64,000 nucleotides of DNA from Dimorphilus gyrociliatus (taxonomy: Eukaryota; Animalia; Annelida). Below the pieces are notes generated by a model. The model had not been told where the DNA came from and did no database searches. It worked only from the letters and a program-made list of their open reading frames with translations. Location of the stretch: NCBI GenBank assembly GCA_904063045.1, contig CAJFCJ010000008.1:744001-808000 (forward strand), read 5' to 3'. This document shows positions 24,592 to 37,377 of this stretch, in pieces; positions within the stretch are counted from its first letter, which is position 1; the number at the start of each line of letters is the position of its first letter. The position numbers and the translations under genes are program-made.

Positions 24592-26004
24592 ATGAAATGT
24601 AAGACTGTACTGTCTGGAAATTTTCACGAAATATTTGGTCATACTAATACAAATAAAATTGATTGTTATTGGAAACATTTAAGTATTAAAAATGAATATA
24701 ATTTGAATTTTAACTATTCAAAATGCGATATTATTAGATTTCATAAACATAAACCATTGAACGACTTACGTAGAATTAAAAAACTCGATATAGATTTAAA
24801 CGATAATTATGATATAACACCTCAATATTTTGAAAATATTTATAAAGAAATAGTTAATAGATTGGACATTCTTCATGAATATACATTACAATTTGTGACA
24901 AATTTAAATTGCTATGGTTACAGATGTTGTATAAATAGTGTTTATACACTTTCAGATAATTTACAATATTTGAAAATGTTTTTTAAAGATGGTACCCAAT
25001 TTTCTTTCATCTTTCAGGGCTATTTAGATTCTTTGATAAAGGAAATTAAACACTTTAAACATCAAATCAATAAATCAAATATAGAATTAAAGAATATAAA
25101 AAAGTCGGCTTTAGATATCTTTAACTGCAATAGTCATTTCATAAATAATGATCATTTACAAGTACAACGTTGTAAAATGATTGACGATAGGAATAGGTGT
25201 ATTAAAGAGATCAAAGAATTAGAATTATGGTCAAGTCTAAGCGAGAGGGCAATTAATCATGTTAATGAATACTATAGGAACATTTTAAAAGCATCTGTCA
25301 ACACTATAAAAACCATTGAAAAACATTTAAGACATACTTTAGAAATGAATAGATCACCGGAGGACATTAATTCAAATATTGAGGTATTTCCTTAAATATT
25401 CTCTTCACTTTCAAATCAAATAGTTAATAATTAATTTAAGGTTCTAAAGTCAATTATATCAACTAATCTAAATCAGTTAAAAATTGAAATAAACAAGTGT
25501 AGATCGGAAAGTTGGCTATACGATTTGAAAGAGTCATTAAAAATTGATCAATCTCCTATTAACGATCCGTCTAGAAAATTGTTTGTCAAATTGAAGAATG
25601 TAGAAGATTCTATTAAAGGAATATTTCAATCAAGACAATATATAAATTTACCTAAATCTTCTATTAAAAATCATATAGTTCATGATAAGAATCGTAATTT
25701 TCCGTTATATAGTAAATCTTATAATTTAAAGTTTACTATTCCCACTAATAAGTTGGCTAATTGTCTTCCAAAGTCTAAATTTGTTCAAGAACGTCAATTT
25801 TATAGATCGAGACTATGTGTTGTTAATCCGTCAAGGAATATTATGCAAATAGAGGAACGGAATGAAAATGAAAAAAGGACAGTTCATCAGTCGAATATCA
25901 ATGAAAAGATTAGAGAGTCCAAGTCCGATAAAAGTATAACTGAGGAAAGACAGTCAGTTTCATCATTGATTACGAAAAGTAATAGTAATACGTCTAGTAG
26001 TTAA
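24592..26004 (+). CDS. Orphan predicted-helical protein, 2 exons
   Basis: ORFs 24544-25395 and 25525-26004 join in frame through a 57-nt intron 25384-25440 (gag|gtattt..ttaag|gtt). First ATG at 24592; the true start may lie upstream. Confidence 0.65.
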
Positions 26005-26334
26005 CTGATAAAGAACATTTAAAAATAGGCTTACATTATTAAAAAGGGTAAAGATATGTAGGGTTTTTATTAGTATATATTTTTTATCTGTTTATGGCAA
26101 ATACCATAGATGCTAAGAGGCGACATAGTAAACATAAGACGTAGATATGGCGTATATAAATATACTTTTATAAATGAAAATGGTAAACATATCAATATAT
26201 ATTTCATTAAATTAATCTAACAATTTTTCATGTTAGCATTTGAAACAAAACAAGTTAGGACTGACGTAAATTTATTTGTTGCATTGCCAATTGCGACTAA
26301 ATGTTAAGTTATAATATGCTTGTTCTTATAGTTC

Positions 26335-28648
26335 TTAGAAGCCTAGAGGGTGTGTGGCCTTATGCCCACCTGATTTTATGATATTGTCCGCAATACTTGT
26401 CATCATATTGTAATTGTTGCGGGAGGACGATGATGATGTAGCTTCAAGATTGAGAGCAATTCTTTCCGCAGCCTATAATTGAAAAAAATATATGATTAGT
26501 TAAAAATAGCTTATGGAAAAAACTCCATAAAATGACTTACTTCGTTACAGAAGAAGGTTACCATTTCTGCTTCGTGTTCTGCTGTTTCACTATTTTCTTC
26601 CAGAGACTTTGATGCTCTGGAAAGAGATGATACCATTGCGTACGTGTCGATTGCTGCATTAGCTAATCTAGATAGTACCATTTGTTCTTCGATAATACCT
26701 TCACCATGTTTCATTAGTAGAGTCTCAACAGCAGCTCCAAAATCTTCGATAGCCTTGCCAACTTGTTGGGCTGATGCAGTAAGAGAGACATCGACATAAG
26801 GGATAAGCGAATTTCCACTGGCGCTTAATCCAACCATTCTCCTTGCTCTACGGGCTCCAGCGTCAAAGAGCAAACCAACATTGCTAGTTGGATTTTTGAG
26901 AGCTTTCTGTAATTTTCGAAGGTGAATTCCGCTGTATTGGATTCCAGTAAGGGCTATGAATAAGCGGAGGATGTCGTTTGTACCCTCGAAAATTCTAAAG
27001 ATTCTTAAATCTCTCATTACTTTTTCAATACCAGTTTCTCTCATATATCCCATACCACCAAGTATTTGTAAAGCTTCATCTGCGCAATACCAAGCGCTTT
27101 CGGATGCAAAAATTTTTGAAATAGCAGCCTCGATTTGAAATTCTTGGAAACCTTGATCCATATTTGCCGCAACCATGTAAGCCATAGCCTCTGAGACGTA
27201 TAGAGATACAGCCATTCTTGTCAGCTTCTCTTGAATAACACCAAATCCTGAGATCTCTCTACCAAATTGCTTTCTTTGTGCTGCATGTTCAGTGGCCTTC
27301 TTCAAACAGAATTTCATTGTTCCAGTCAAAGCAGCACCCATTCCAAATCGACCGTTATTCAAAATTTTCATAGCAACCTTGAATCCTTTTCCAACTCCAT
27401 CAAGTACATTTTCAACAGGAATTTTAACATCTTCAAAATAAACTTCAGCAGTATTCGACGCCTTGATACCCATCTTTTTTTCTGGAGGTCCATTTGTTAC
27501 TCCACCGAAAGATCGCTCCACTATGAAAGCAGTGACTTTATCTTTTGTTTTACCAGTTGTTTTGTTTGTTACTGGAGTTTGTGCAAAAACTGTAAAAACT
27601 TCGGCTGTTCCACCGTTGGAAATCCAAATTTTGGAACCATTTAGAACGTAATACTTTTTATCATCAGATAATACGGCTCTTGATCTAATAGAGGAAGCAT
27701 CTGATCCAGCAGATGGTTCAGTTAGACAAAATGCAGCGATCTTTTTTCCACTAGCCAAATCGGGTAGATATTTAGCTTTTTGCTCTGGGGTTCCGAATAA
27801 GGAAATTCCCTTAAACCCAATAGACTGATGAGCACCTAAAGCGATACCTACACCAAGATCGCTAGCTCCACAAATCTCAGTCATACGGGCGTATTGGGTA
27901 TTGGTCAAACCCAAACCTCCGTAATCAGCGGGAACTTGCATACCAAAAGCTCCCAAATCTTTCATCTCATTTAATACATCATCAGGTATTTTTTCTAGTT
28001 CATCGTTTTTCAAAGCATCGTTAACTTCTGTGAAGAATTTTTCACTGGGACCAACCAACATTCTTAAAGTTGACTCCTCATCTTCGTTCATAACCTTCGG
28101 GAATGGAAATACTTGATCGGCTCTAATCTTGCCACGAAACAAGTTCATACCGAAGGACTGAGACGCCTAAGAAAATAGAAACAAACAAATGATCAATGAG
28201 CTAGGTATCACTTTCATTTCCTAAAAAGAATTTCAATCAAATGCTCGTAAATATAATATAATTATTGATTATCAATACTATATTATAGTATAGGAGGGGG
28301 GCATGGTTTATTACCAGGCCATAAATGTTAACTGAACAAACGACAAACCTCATCATGCTGTTGCTGTTGAGGAGAGACTTGAGTCTAGAGAAGAAACATT
28401 ATATTAGGGAGTTGATAATAATATTATTATAATTAAATATACCTTTGGAGACGCAGAGAAACATCTTTGTTGAGTTAAGGGTGCACTGTTGAATAAAAGA
28501 AAAGAGTTAAAGTAGAACAAATGCTAAAATGAACTTTGAACGGAAGTGAACTCAATGCTTTTGGATAATATTCAACATTCTCTCAAAGTCATAACCCACA
28601 TCACGACCTTTAAGCGAACTTTCGACAATAATTTTAAAAATGCATCAT
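26335..28648 (-). CDS. ACADVL: Very long-chain acyl-CoA dehydrogenase, mitochondrial
   Basis: 1.6-kb exon 28166-26541 with [59 protein letters not shown]; last exon 26472-26335 ending KATHPLGF*; small upstream exons 28485-28443 and a 36-nt exon near 28350-28385. First exon uncertain (see findings). Confidence 0.97.
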
Positions 28649-29061
28649 TTTATAGATATTAAATGATAAGGTTATAATTTACGTCAATGCTTTAAAACTA
28701 CTAAAAATTAAGTAATTGTCAATCAACTGACTTGTTTTAGGGTATTACAAAAGGAAAAATCTTTTAGTTTGTCTTGAATTTGCGATGTCAAATTCTAGGA
28801 CGCTTTAATAATAGTAGTTTCATTTTAAATCAAACAAAAAATTGATGAATTGAAAAAGGTAAATGAATAGTTTAAAACCTACCAGTTGTTTATACTTTTC
28901 TTAGCAAGATTGCTTTTGATGAATTCGTTGAATAAGCGATTGCGAAGCATTTGTGCCATTTTTTTCTTGTACCTAGGACGTTGTTGATACTCTGAGCTGA
29001 GAACATAAACTGGTTGTAGCTGTTAGTAGCGAAACACTCTCCTGATAACAGGTAAACAAAT

Positions 29062-29884
29062 ATGGCTGCTAGTTTCTGTGGCTGTTTACGATTATTTATG
29101 AGTGGCGGGATAACCACAAATAAATTACCAAATCGTGAACAATCTGGAGTTAAACTAGATCCCTCTCATTCTGGTCAGTATACATTATTTAAAATCATTA
29201 ACTGGCAACAGAGAAATCAGCGTATTGTACTAAATTTTGATCAATTCATTTTTTTCGTTAATATTAGTGATATTATTCTTAACGCCCATAGGTCAAGATG
29301 TCGTTATAGTAAAAAATGGAAGAAGAATATGTGGCAGCGGGGCTGCCCTTTCAAATGCTCCGATCGTGCAGAATAAAGCTTACTTCGAAGTAAAAATCCA
29401 GTCATCAGGTACAGTTGAACCATACGTACAGTTAATGAATGACTATGGCTAATTTATCTAGGTTCTTGGGCGATCGGTTTAGCAACAAGGAAGTGCAATA
29501 TTAATAAATTACCATTAGGAGAAGATGCTGAGAGCTGGGTACTGCGAAATGACGGAGCTATCTTTCATAAAAATGAACAAAGCGCAACTCTTACCGGTGC
29601 AGTGGAGGAAGGCGATATCCTGGTAAAATATTTGATAAATTTTCCAGATAACATAACATTAATGCTTTTATTCATTTTTTTAGGGCTTTACTTTCGATCA
29701 CGTAGACTTTAATATTTACTTAAACGGAAGACCAACAGGTTGCAGTGTGCATGGTATAAGGGGTACAACATTTCCAATATTTTACGTAGACGACGGGGCG
29801 ATAATGGATATTCAATTTGTCAATTTCTTTCATGAACCACCTGAAGGATACGAAAGAATTATGATTGAACAATCTCTTTTATAA
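29062..29884 (+). CDS. SPRYD7: SPRY domain-containing protein 7
   Basis: Four exons: MAASFCGCLR..KLDPSHSG|QDVVIVKNGRRICGSGAALSNAPIVQNKAYFEVKIQSSG|SWAIGLATRK..GEDAESWVLRNDG..EEGDIL|GFTFDHVDFNIYLNG..FPIFYVDDGAIMDIQF..PPEGYERIMIEQSLL*. Confidence 0.96.
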
Positions 29885-30125
29885 AAGATCTAGAGTACAA
29901 GATATTTTATTATAAACATTTTAGGCGTTGTTTCGTGTTCAATTTAATATTTTTAACCAAATAAGAAATTCCATTGAAAAACTGTCTATTCTTTTAAAAC
30001 AAATTTTATTCTGACAAATTATATTATTACGTGAAACAATAAATTTACAATACGTATACTTTAGTTCTGCAGTAAATATCAAAACTAAACTCTAAAAAGA
30101 CAAGAACAGAAAAATATACTATTTA

Positions 30126-31727
30126 CTAAATAATAGGTAACATGTCACTTATATCGACGCGTTCATCGTCAAATATTGATCGATTATCATCGTCGGTCTT
30201 TAATTCTTGCAGTAGAGTATCACTATCGAAAGATTTACGACGCTCTCTTTGAGATTCTTCCGACGCAATGGCATAATTCTCTTCCATGAGATTCCTTATA
30301 TTATTTACCTCCGAATGGCCTTCTTCAGAATGTTGTACGACTTGGACCAAATCATCGAAAGGTAAAGAGTTTTCTGTTATATCATCATAGGGAGGAGGAG
30401 GAGCAGCAGCAGCAGCAGGGAGTGCACAAGCCATAAAATGAGTTTGTTCCGTATTGTCTGAATTGCTAATTTGACTATCACTATTTCTTCTTTCAAGAAC
30501 ATGAAATTTACGAATACATCCCAGTGAGATTACAAGAATAAGACTACAAACTAAAGATCCAATTACGGCAGTTATAATAACTTTAAGACTGAGTGGCTCT
30601 GTAAATATATTAGTAAATTAATAGATTTCAACAATTATTTATCAATCAATCATTTAGTAAGAGTTACTTACTTTTACATATATTTTGTCCTGACGCATTC
30701 CTGCACTCTCCTCTATGGCGATTATCATTTCCCATACAAAGAGGACTTTTACATATAGTAGACTTTTTATTAGGATTACAATACACTAAAAAAACAATTG
30801 TAAACATATTAATGTTTTGATTGCGCAATAACAAGATAGTAGCGTACATTAATGTACAGTATACTACCTTATGCAAAAAAGATAATAGTAAAATATAAAC
30901 AAATTAAATAGATTTTTAATATAACAGTTTAAGCCTATATACTTGGAATACATTGGCATTTTCAACAGAGTAGTAGTCTAAAAACGTTATGATGCAACAG
31001 TTTTCATTTAAGTTCTTTTGTTTTAGAAAAGCTAATTGAATATTATAGATTATATAAAAAAAAACGATTATGCATATCTAGTTTATCATTGTTTGAGCTT
31101 TGAACTTTTTAAATTAAGCATAGCCGGTTTTATATTTCTTGTTTATTAAACACAAAACTAGAAAGTAAGAATAGTCTTACTTGCTCTATAAGCAATAGAG
31201 ATAATATCTGTATCGTCCATCCATTCCACTTTTAGTCTTGATACGTTAGGTAGGATTTGAAAAATGTTTCCAGTAAACAATTTAGTGAACTGATTAGTTT
31301 TAATTGTTACTGGATTTAATAAAATATTTCGGTGAACCAAACTGAAAAATTGTTTGCATTACACTAAAGTGAATAAGATTAATAATCCGTAATAATTACT
31401 GAAATTTTATGTAGCAGCGTTTATCACATTTTACGTCTAAGCAACGATTAGGACCTCCCTTTACTGTAATATTTGTCCAGGAGAAGGGACAAATCAATGG
31501 TGGTTGATCTAGGAATAATTTTATTACTTAGGTGATTAAGGATTTTGAAGTATTATTAAAAGTAGCTTATAATAACTTACTGCATGTTCCATAAAAATCC
31601 GACTTTGATTTATTTGGATAGAAGGAAACACATACAACTGGAAAGATGTTAATTTATTATCCATATTTTTAAAGAGTGTTGAAAACTTACCAAAGAAAAA
31701 AAAGAAAGAATTAAAAGCGCTTATCAT
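30126..31727 (-). CDS. Small type I membrane protein with LRP3/10/12-like TM segment and cytoplasmic PPxY
   Basis: Hand-spliced with GTAAGT/GTAATT donors: MISAFNSFFFFF|VVCVSFYPNKSKSDFYGTC|NQPPLICPFSW..RCLDVKCDKRCYIKF|HLVHRN..SIAYRA|MYCNPNKKSTICKSPLC..GECRNASGQNICK|KPLSLKVIITAVIGSLVCSLILVISLGCIRKF..APPPPYDD..DISDMLPII*. One extra internal exon near 30940-31030 cannot be excluded. Confidence 0.7.
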
Positions 31728-32093
31728 TATTTTGAAAAATTTACATAGCAGAATTAATGAATACAATAGAAATATTGCAATTCTTATTGCGATCAAATTT
31801 TTAGATAGCTTGGAAAAAAGAACCGAGCGAAATAGGTAATATTTTCCAGTGATGGGCGCCATCTACCGGATAAAATTTTATTTGACCGATTAAGCACAGA
31901 TTTTAATAAAGATTATAGGCAATTGCGCATTAAAAAAAAAAAATATAACTGTATTTATGAATTGTATATAACTCTTTAACTTGAATACATGCAATCTCTG
32001 AAAACTCCCAAAGAATTGTCTAAGCAGTAATTGTCTATAGGAGACATAAGCTTATTGTATGAATAAGCCTCCGTGTTTAAGAAAGCCGTTCCT

Positions 32094-32874
32094 TCATCTG
32101 AAGACCATGAAGCTTTATTCAACTGAGGTATTAGGCAATCAAAGGATTCGATATATGTAGTTTCGGATTGAAGAACAAAAGGAGTTTTGGTGAAAGAAGT
32201 AGGATTTACGAAAGGAGTTATAGGCTCAATTAAAAAAGGCGACTCTCGACTAAGCTAAATATAAAAATAATAGGGAAAATATTTTTTTAAAACTGTAAAC
32301 AAGTTAATGATAAAGAAAAGATACGAACTTCGATCGATTTACGGTCTATCTTGGGTGTTGATGTCTGTCTGCATGATGAAAGACTAGACGATCCGCTCTT
32401 AATATCAAATTTGCCTTGTCGAAAGAATTTTATGAATGATTCATCTATTTTCCATTTGTAACCTCGGCCACCTTTCGCTCTTCCAGCTTTTACGAAGCAA
32501 TCCGAAACGGATAATGTATGACGAACTGAACTCGGCCAATTTCTCTTTGAATTCTCGTAATATGCGTATTCAGCAGCTATCTATAAATAGGAGATTATCT
32601 AATAAATTTTTACAGAGTACTTCGAACTGAGTACCTTATCTACTATTTCTCTTAAGGACATTTCGCCTTTTTCGCTATTAAGGAGAATCTTAGCCACAAT
32701 CTCTCTATAACTTATATTCGGACGTACATTTCTATCTGAAAAATTATGAATTTTAGAAGAATATTCACTTCTAGCCTTACCTTCTACAGTATAGTTCATA
32801 TCATTCTCTTTCCCTTCATTTCCAATGGCTTTCGGGGAAGAGTATCCGCTATCATTTGAAGTAGGATTAGCCAT
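32094..32874 (-). CDS. foxQ2: Divergent forkhead transcription factor, FoxQ2-like
   Basis: Exon 32874-32635, 54-nt intron, exon 32580-~32325: RPNISYREIVAKILLNSEKGEMSLREIVDK|IAAEYAYYENSKRNWPSSVRHTLSVSDCFVKAGRAKGGRGYKWKIDESFIKFFRQGKF. The CFxKAGR..G..W.I......F..G.F pattern is typical of FoxQ2. Last exon boundaries uncertain. Confidence 0.8.
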
Positions 32875-35731
32875 AATTCAGTATCGAAAAAAAAATTTAT
32901 CTTTGGGAAATGTGTATATCTTTCAAAGATTTCTGATCACATGTAATGGTACTTGTAGATACTGATGAGCATTAATCAGTGCTTTTATAGGAATTAATAT
33001 GGCTGGCATTGTAAAAATCGGTGAAAAATATTTAGAAAGGTAGCGAAAGGAGCGCGAGTGCATTGAATTCGGGGATCGGTATCCTTGATGTTTTTTCTTT
33101 GAAAGTTCATGCAACATGATCTTAAGAATACAATAAATTCGTTTAATTTCTGAGAAAGTTGAAAAGTAAAACAATACAAAATAAGTTTATAAAGATGTAG
33201 TTCATCAAAACAAATATAAAGAATAAAGTGTTTTCTGTCTCTATTTTTTGGCAATACGCCATCTGATGGGACTTTATACATCTCATCAGATGAGATATTA
33301 ATTTTCCCAATTCATAAATAAAGAACTTAGCATGAGACACTATTAATATATTATATCAGTAGAAATGAATTACTTATCATTTATTACATATCTACTAATG
33401 ATAATACCATATCATTTGAATGTTTTGAAATTATGCTTTGGGCTTTGACCTGATCAAATGACTTTTGAAATTGAGCTCAAAAATTGAAAAAAGGACAACT
33501 ACGCCTTTTAATTCAAATATATTTTTTCACCATTAACTCAATGAATATTGTTTTATATAATTAATTTATATATAATACATATTTTCATTAAAAAACAGTT
33601 AATTAAATAAATTATACAATGTTGAAAACTAGAATACTGCTTTAAAAGAAAAGTTATTGAATGTAGAATTAACAACAATTCAAAACAAGTATAACCTAAA
33701 TATTGTTTATTGCGTATTAGATTGATAGTTATTAAATTTAATATATGCATAAATTAATATTTGAATAATACATTATTGTTTTTTTATTATTCTAAAGTAT
33801 TGATATACATATATGAATTTATCTATTTTTGTTTCCTTTTCGCCTGAGGTATCTTTTTTATTAAATCAACAATTTTTAAATAATTTTTCTTATCATTTCT
33901 TCTTCCTCTTCTTCTTCTTCTTCTTTCATATTCGTTACTCTTTTTCATCTTAGATAATAAATTTGCAATATATTTAATAAATCAGAATCTTTTAGGTCTA
34001 TTATAAATGCGAAATAACAAGTGTCCCAAATTCGATTAGTTGAGACTTAAAAAAGTTTAAGTGCTAACTCCATTGAATTAGATTAGATTTTTTTTTGTTC
34101 TACTTTCAAACCTAAAATAAGAATGACTAAAGTAGTTTCACAATTCAATGTAGGTCAAATTGTTAATTCTTGCTCACTTTTTAACTTTTAGTAGAGGACG
34201 ATATTTTTTTATATTGTTCCACATGGATATAAAGTTAAAATACGCCTTTGTCTTTTAAAAGGCCTAAAGGAAGAACCTATCATTTTTAATACAAAGTTTT
34301 ATATATACAGTTTATACTTGGATACATTTTTTATGTTTAAAAAAAATCTAACAAGATAAAAAATAAAGAAATCAACTCTTCTTTTTTTTTTTTTCATTTT
34401 TTTGACGAGGAAATAGTTGACCAGCAAACGAGACGGTGAGAGTGACAGCAGGAGTTTTTTTTTTTGCTTTGTTTTTTTTTGAGAGAGGAAGACAAAATAT
34501 CACAGCTACGAACCGTTCAACTCTGGACTAGATTATTCAATAATAATATAAAAAAAAAACAAAATTAATATTAAAACAGTAAGATATTAAAGTTTATACA
34601 TTAACTTCCGCTTTCTAGCATTACTAGCATAGGAATTATTATCCAATTATCAAAGCAAAAAGTTTTTAATGTCTAGGTGGAAAATGTTTAATTATCCTAT
34701 ATAAATGTACCATTTCTCAAGTATATTGCTATTCTTCAAAGAGTACATTATTCCCTTGTACTGATAACTACTCAGTAACTCTCTGACAACCTACTCCTTC
34801 AAACTTTATATCATAAAATAATTTACAATTGGTGTTTTAAAGCTTATAAATGTACGGAAATACAGTGGTAGTTTTGTCCTTTTTAACAAATGTAATTAAA
34901 AATTTAACTTTCAAGTTACCTATAATGATTTTATGTGTAAGGGACTCTGTTTTATTTGTTTATGCGATACTCGCTAACGCTCTTTCTTCTTCCTACTTGT
35001 TTTTTTTTTTGCCTCTGCCCATTTGTCCACGCCCTTCCTCTGTCTCTATCTCTTTAAGATATTTCTATGCGTATATTTATAATTGCAATAGCTTTTCAAG
35101 TGCATTTCTTTACAATACCATTTCTTGTCTTTCGTTTAATTAAAATGAAGATAAAAATCTAAGTATAACGTTTCATAGATTATAAATTGGGATTATTTAG
35201 TTTCTATACATTAATCTTATGTAATGTGACATTCAAAAGACAAATATTTTTAATTATATAAGAGAAAGAAAGATGAGAATTACTTAAAATAAGAAAAACA
35301 AAAAGCGCCTATGTATTGCATGCATCTTTGTATTGCATGCTTGCATGCATGCATGCATGTATGAACACAGAAATGAAAAGATAAAAAAAGATTACTTTTG
35401 ATCAGTGAAAAAAAGTTTCTAAAAACTATAAAGTAATTAATATTCGAGTAACAATATTCTAAAAGGAAAATGTAACATTCCTTTCTCTCTCTGTAATTAT
35501 TGTCATCTTTTCTTTTTATAAGAGAGAGAGAGAGAGAGAGAATGATGTTAACGATAATAAATTTTGAATAAAACACACGTAGCTTTGCTTTACCAAAATA
35601 AAAAAAAAAAATAAAAAAAAATTTGATATTGAAAAGTCAAAAAAAATTTGTTGTACATTGAACATAAGATGGTCAAACGTTTGAATTTAGAGTCATAATT
35701 TTGATGCATCTTAGATAATTAATGTAACGAA

Positions 35732-35733
<2 letters not shown>

Positions 35734-35765
<32 letters not shown>

Positions 35766-35787
35766 TATTATATATTAATATATATAG

Positions 35788-35818
<31 letters not shown>

Positions 35819-36164
35819 TTATATATCTATATTTAGACGCATCTGAGATTTTACAATAAATACAATTTATATATAGATATATCTAAGATTTATCTCCTAA
35901 GTTTAAATAATAAAATGTTGACTTTATGTCTTTCTTTGATATCAGTTAAAAATCATGTATAAAAATTTCAAAATCTAATTGAGTTATGTAACGATATTTT
36001 GAAAAATAATCAATGAAAAACAACCTGAAAAAATGACTATTGTGTTTACCTCAAATGATCTGATTTTAAGCTAATAAGCTACTTTTAATCAGATTTATCC
36101 CTGAAAATGACGCTTTAATTATGACATCAATGCCACTTCAAACTTACAGTAATGGGTAAAAAAG

Positions 36165-36207
<43 letters not shown>
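35734..36207. repeat. (TA)n microsatellite tracts
   Basis: TA runs at about 35734-35815 and 36168-36207. Confidence 0.9.
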
Positions 36208-36210
<3 letters not shown>

Positions 36211-36232
36211 ATAAGAATCTAAAGATACTTTC

Positions 36233-36595
36233 ATGAGCAGAAAGAATAAAAATAGTGACATTTTAGATGACATAAATGTAACGAAAGTTGAAATTAAACT
36301 TCGTCGGCGTGATATGCAACGTATTGAAAGACTTCACGATCTGTTGAAAATTAACTATAAAGAAATAAGATGTAATGACAACGATTTGGTCAGAAAGATA
36401 TGCTTCTTAAAAAATAGATTAATCTCAATTAGAAATGAAATAGATTTGAAAATGAAAAGAATAGAATTGGCTAGATGGGAGAATTTCCAAATTCAACAGG
36501 AAAACGATTCCCTTAAGTCTTTATTATTAGCTTTGGAAAGGGATGGGATAAACGTGGCAGATATTCAAAACACGTACCAGTTAAACCAAAGTTAA
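36233..36595 (+). CDS. Small basic/coiled-coil protein, possibly a degenerate bHLH-ZIP
   Basis: 120-aa single-exon ATG ORF with a basic patch KLRRRD, QRIERLHDLL and a C-terminal heptad region. Confidence 0.6.
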   Translation: MSRKNKNSDILDDINVTKVEIKLRRRDMQRIERLHDLLKINYKEIRCNDNDLVRKICFLKNRLISIRNEIDLKMKRIELARWENFQIQQENDSLKSLLLALERDGINVADIQNTYQLNQS

Positions 36596-37037
36596 CATAA
36601 GAGAGAGAGACAAAAAGCGAGAGATTGTGTGCGAAAGAACGTGTACCCTGAAAACAGTGTCTTTCCGCAAAAGATGTCGCCACTGTAACAAATGAAAAGC
36701 CAAATATATTCGTGGCACGTAAATCTTTTGTAGTGCCTCAATAGCTTAAATTCCTGCTTTCAAACCGCCGAAACGCCCATTTAAATCTGTCAAGGTCATT
36801 TAGTCCAAAATTTTAACAGCTGGACAAGTCTAGGGAGGAATAGAGCTAAATCTTTGCTTGCAAGCATTCAAATTTTTTGTAAAAATCACTCGTTAAACGT
36901 CAAACTTAACCGAACACGCTTTTTATGTAAATAAGCTTGCTAAATTAGTCCTCTGCTCTAAATGAACTTCACAAGAATATTATTCACAATCAAACATGTG
37001 TCACATATGCAAATTTTTTTAGCCGTGTCTGGTACAA

Positions 37038-37099
37038 GGGAATCCCGGCTCTGATTGGTTAGATCCCGGAACCACACATAAACAAAATAGTTCCCCGAA
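37038..37099 (+). promoter_or_regulatory. kappaB-like (GGGAATCCC), CCAAT and STAT/GAS-like (ATCCCGGAA, TTCCCCGAA) cluster upstream of Pim
   Basis: Motifs at 37038-37046, 37054-37058 (ATTGG), 37063-37071 and 37091-37099, about 280-340 bp before the Pim ATG. Confidence 0.4.
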
Positions 37100-37377
37100 T
37101 ATAAACACTGCAAAATACAGCAATATAATGTATATATTCTATTAAAATTTATTTGCAATTTGCATAATTAGCAAAAGTATGATTGGAATTTGAGGAATAT
37201 TCGGTGAAAGCTGTGACATTTAAAAAAAAACTCAACGCGTATGAAATTACTACTCACTCGCCAACGTAAAACGAGAGAATTTCCATTCGTCTGTCAGAAA
37301 TCGGTTGGCTTCGATCCGTTCAACACCTCACCGTTCGAAAACTACTGTTTTAAGTTTCACCAAAAAATATATCCAAA

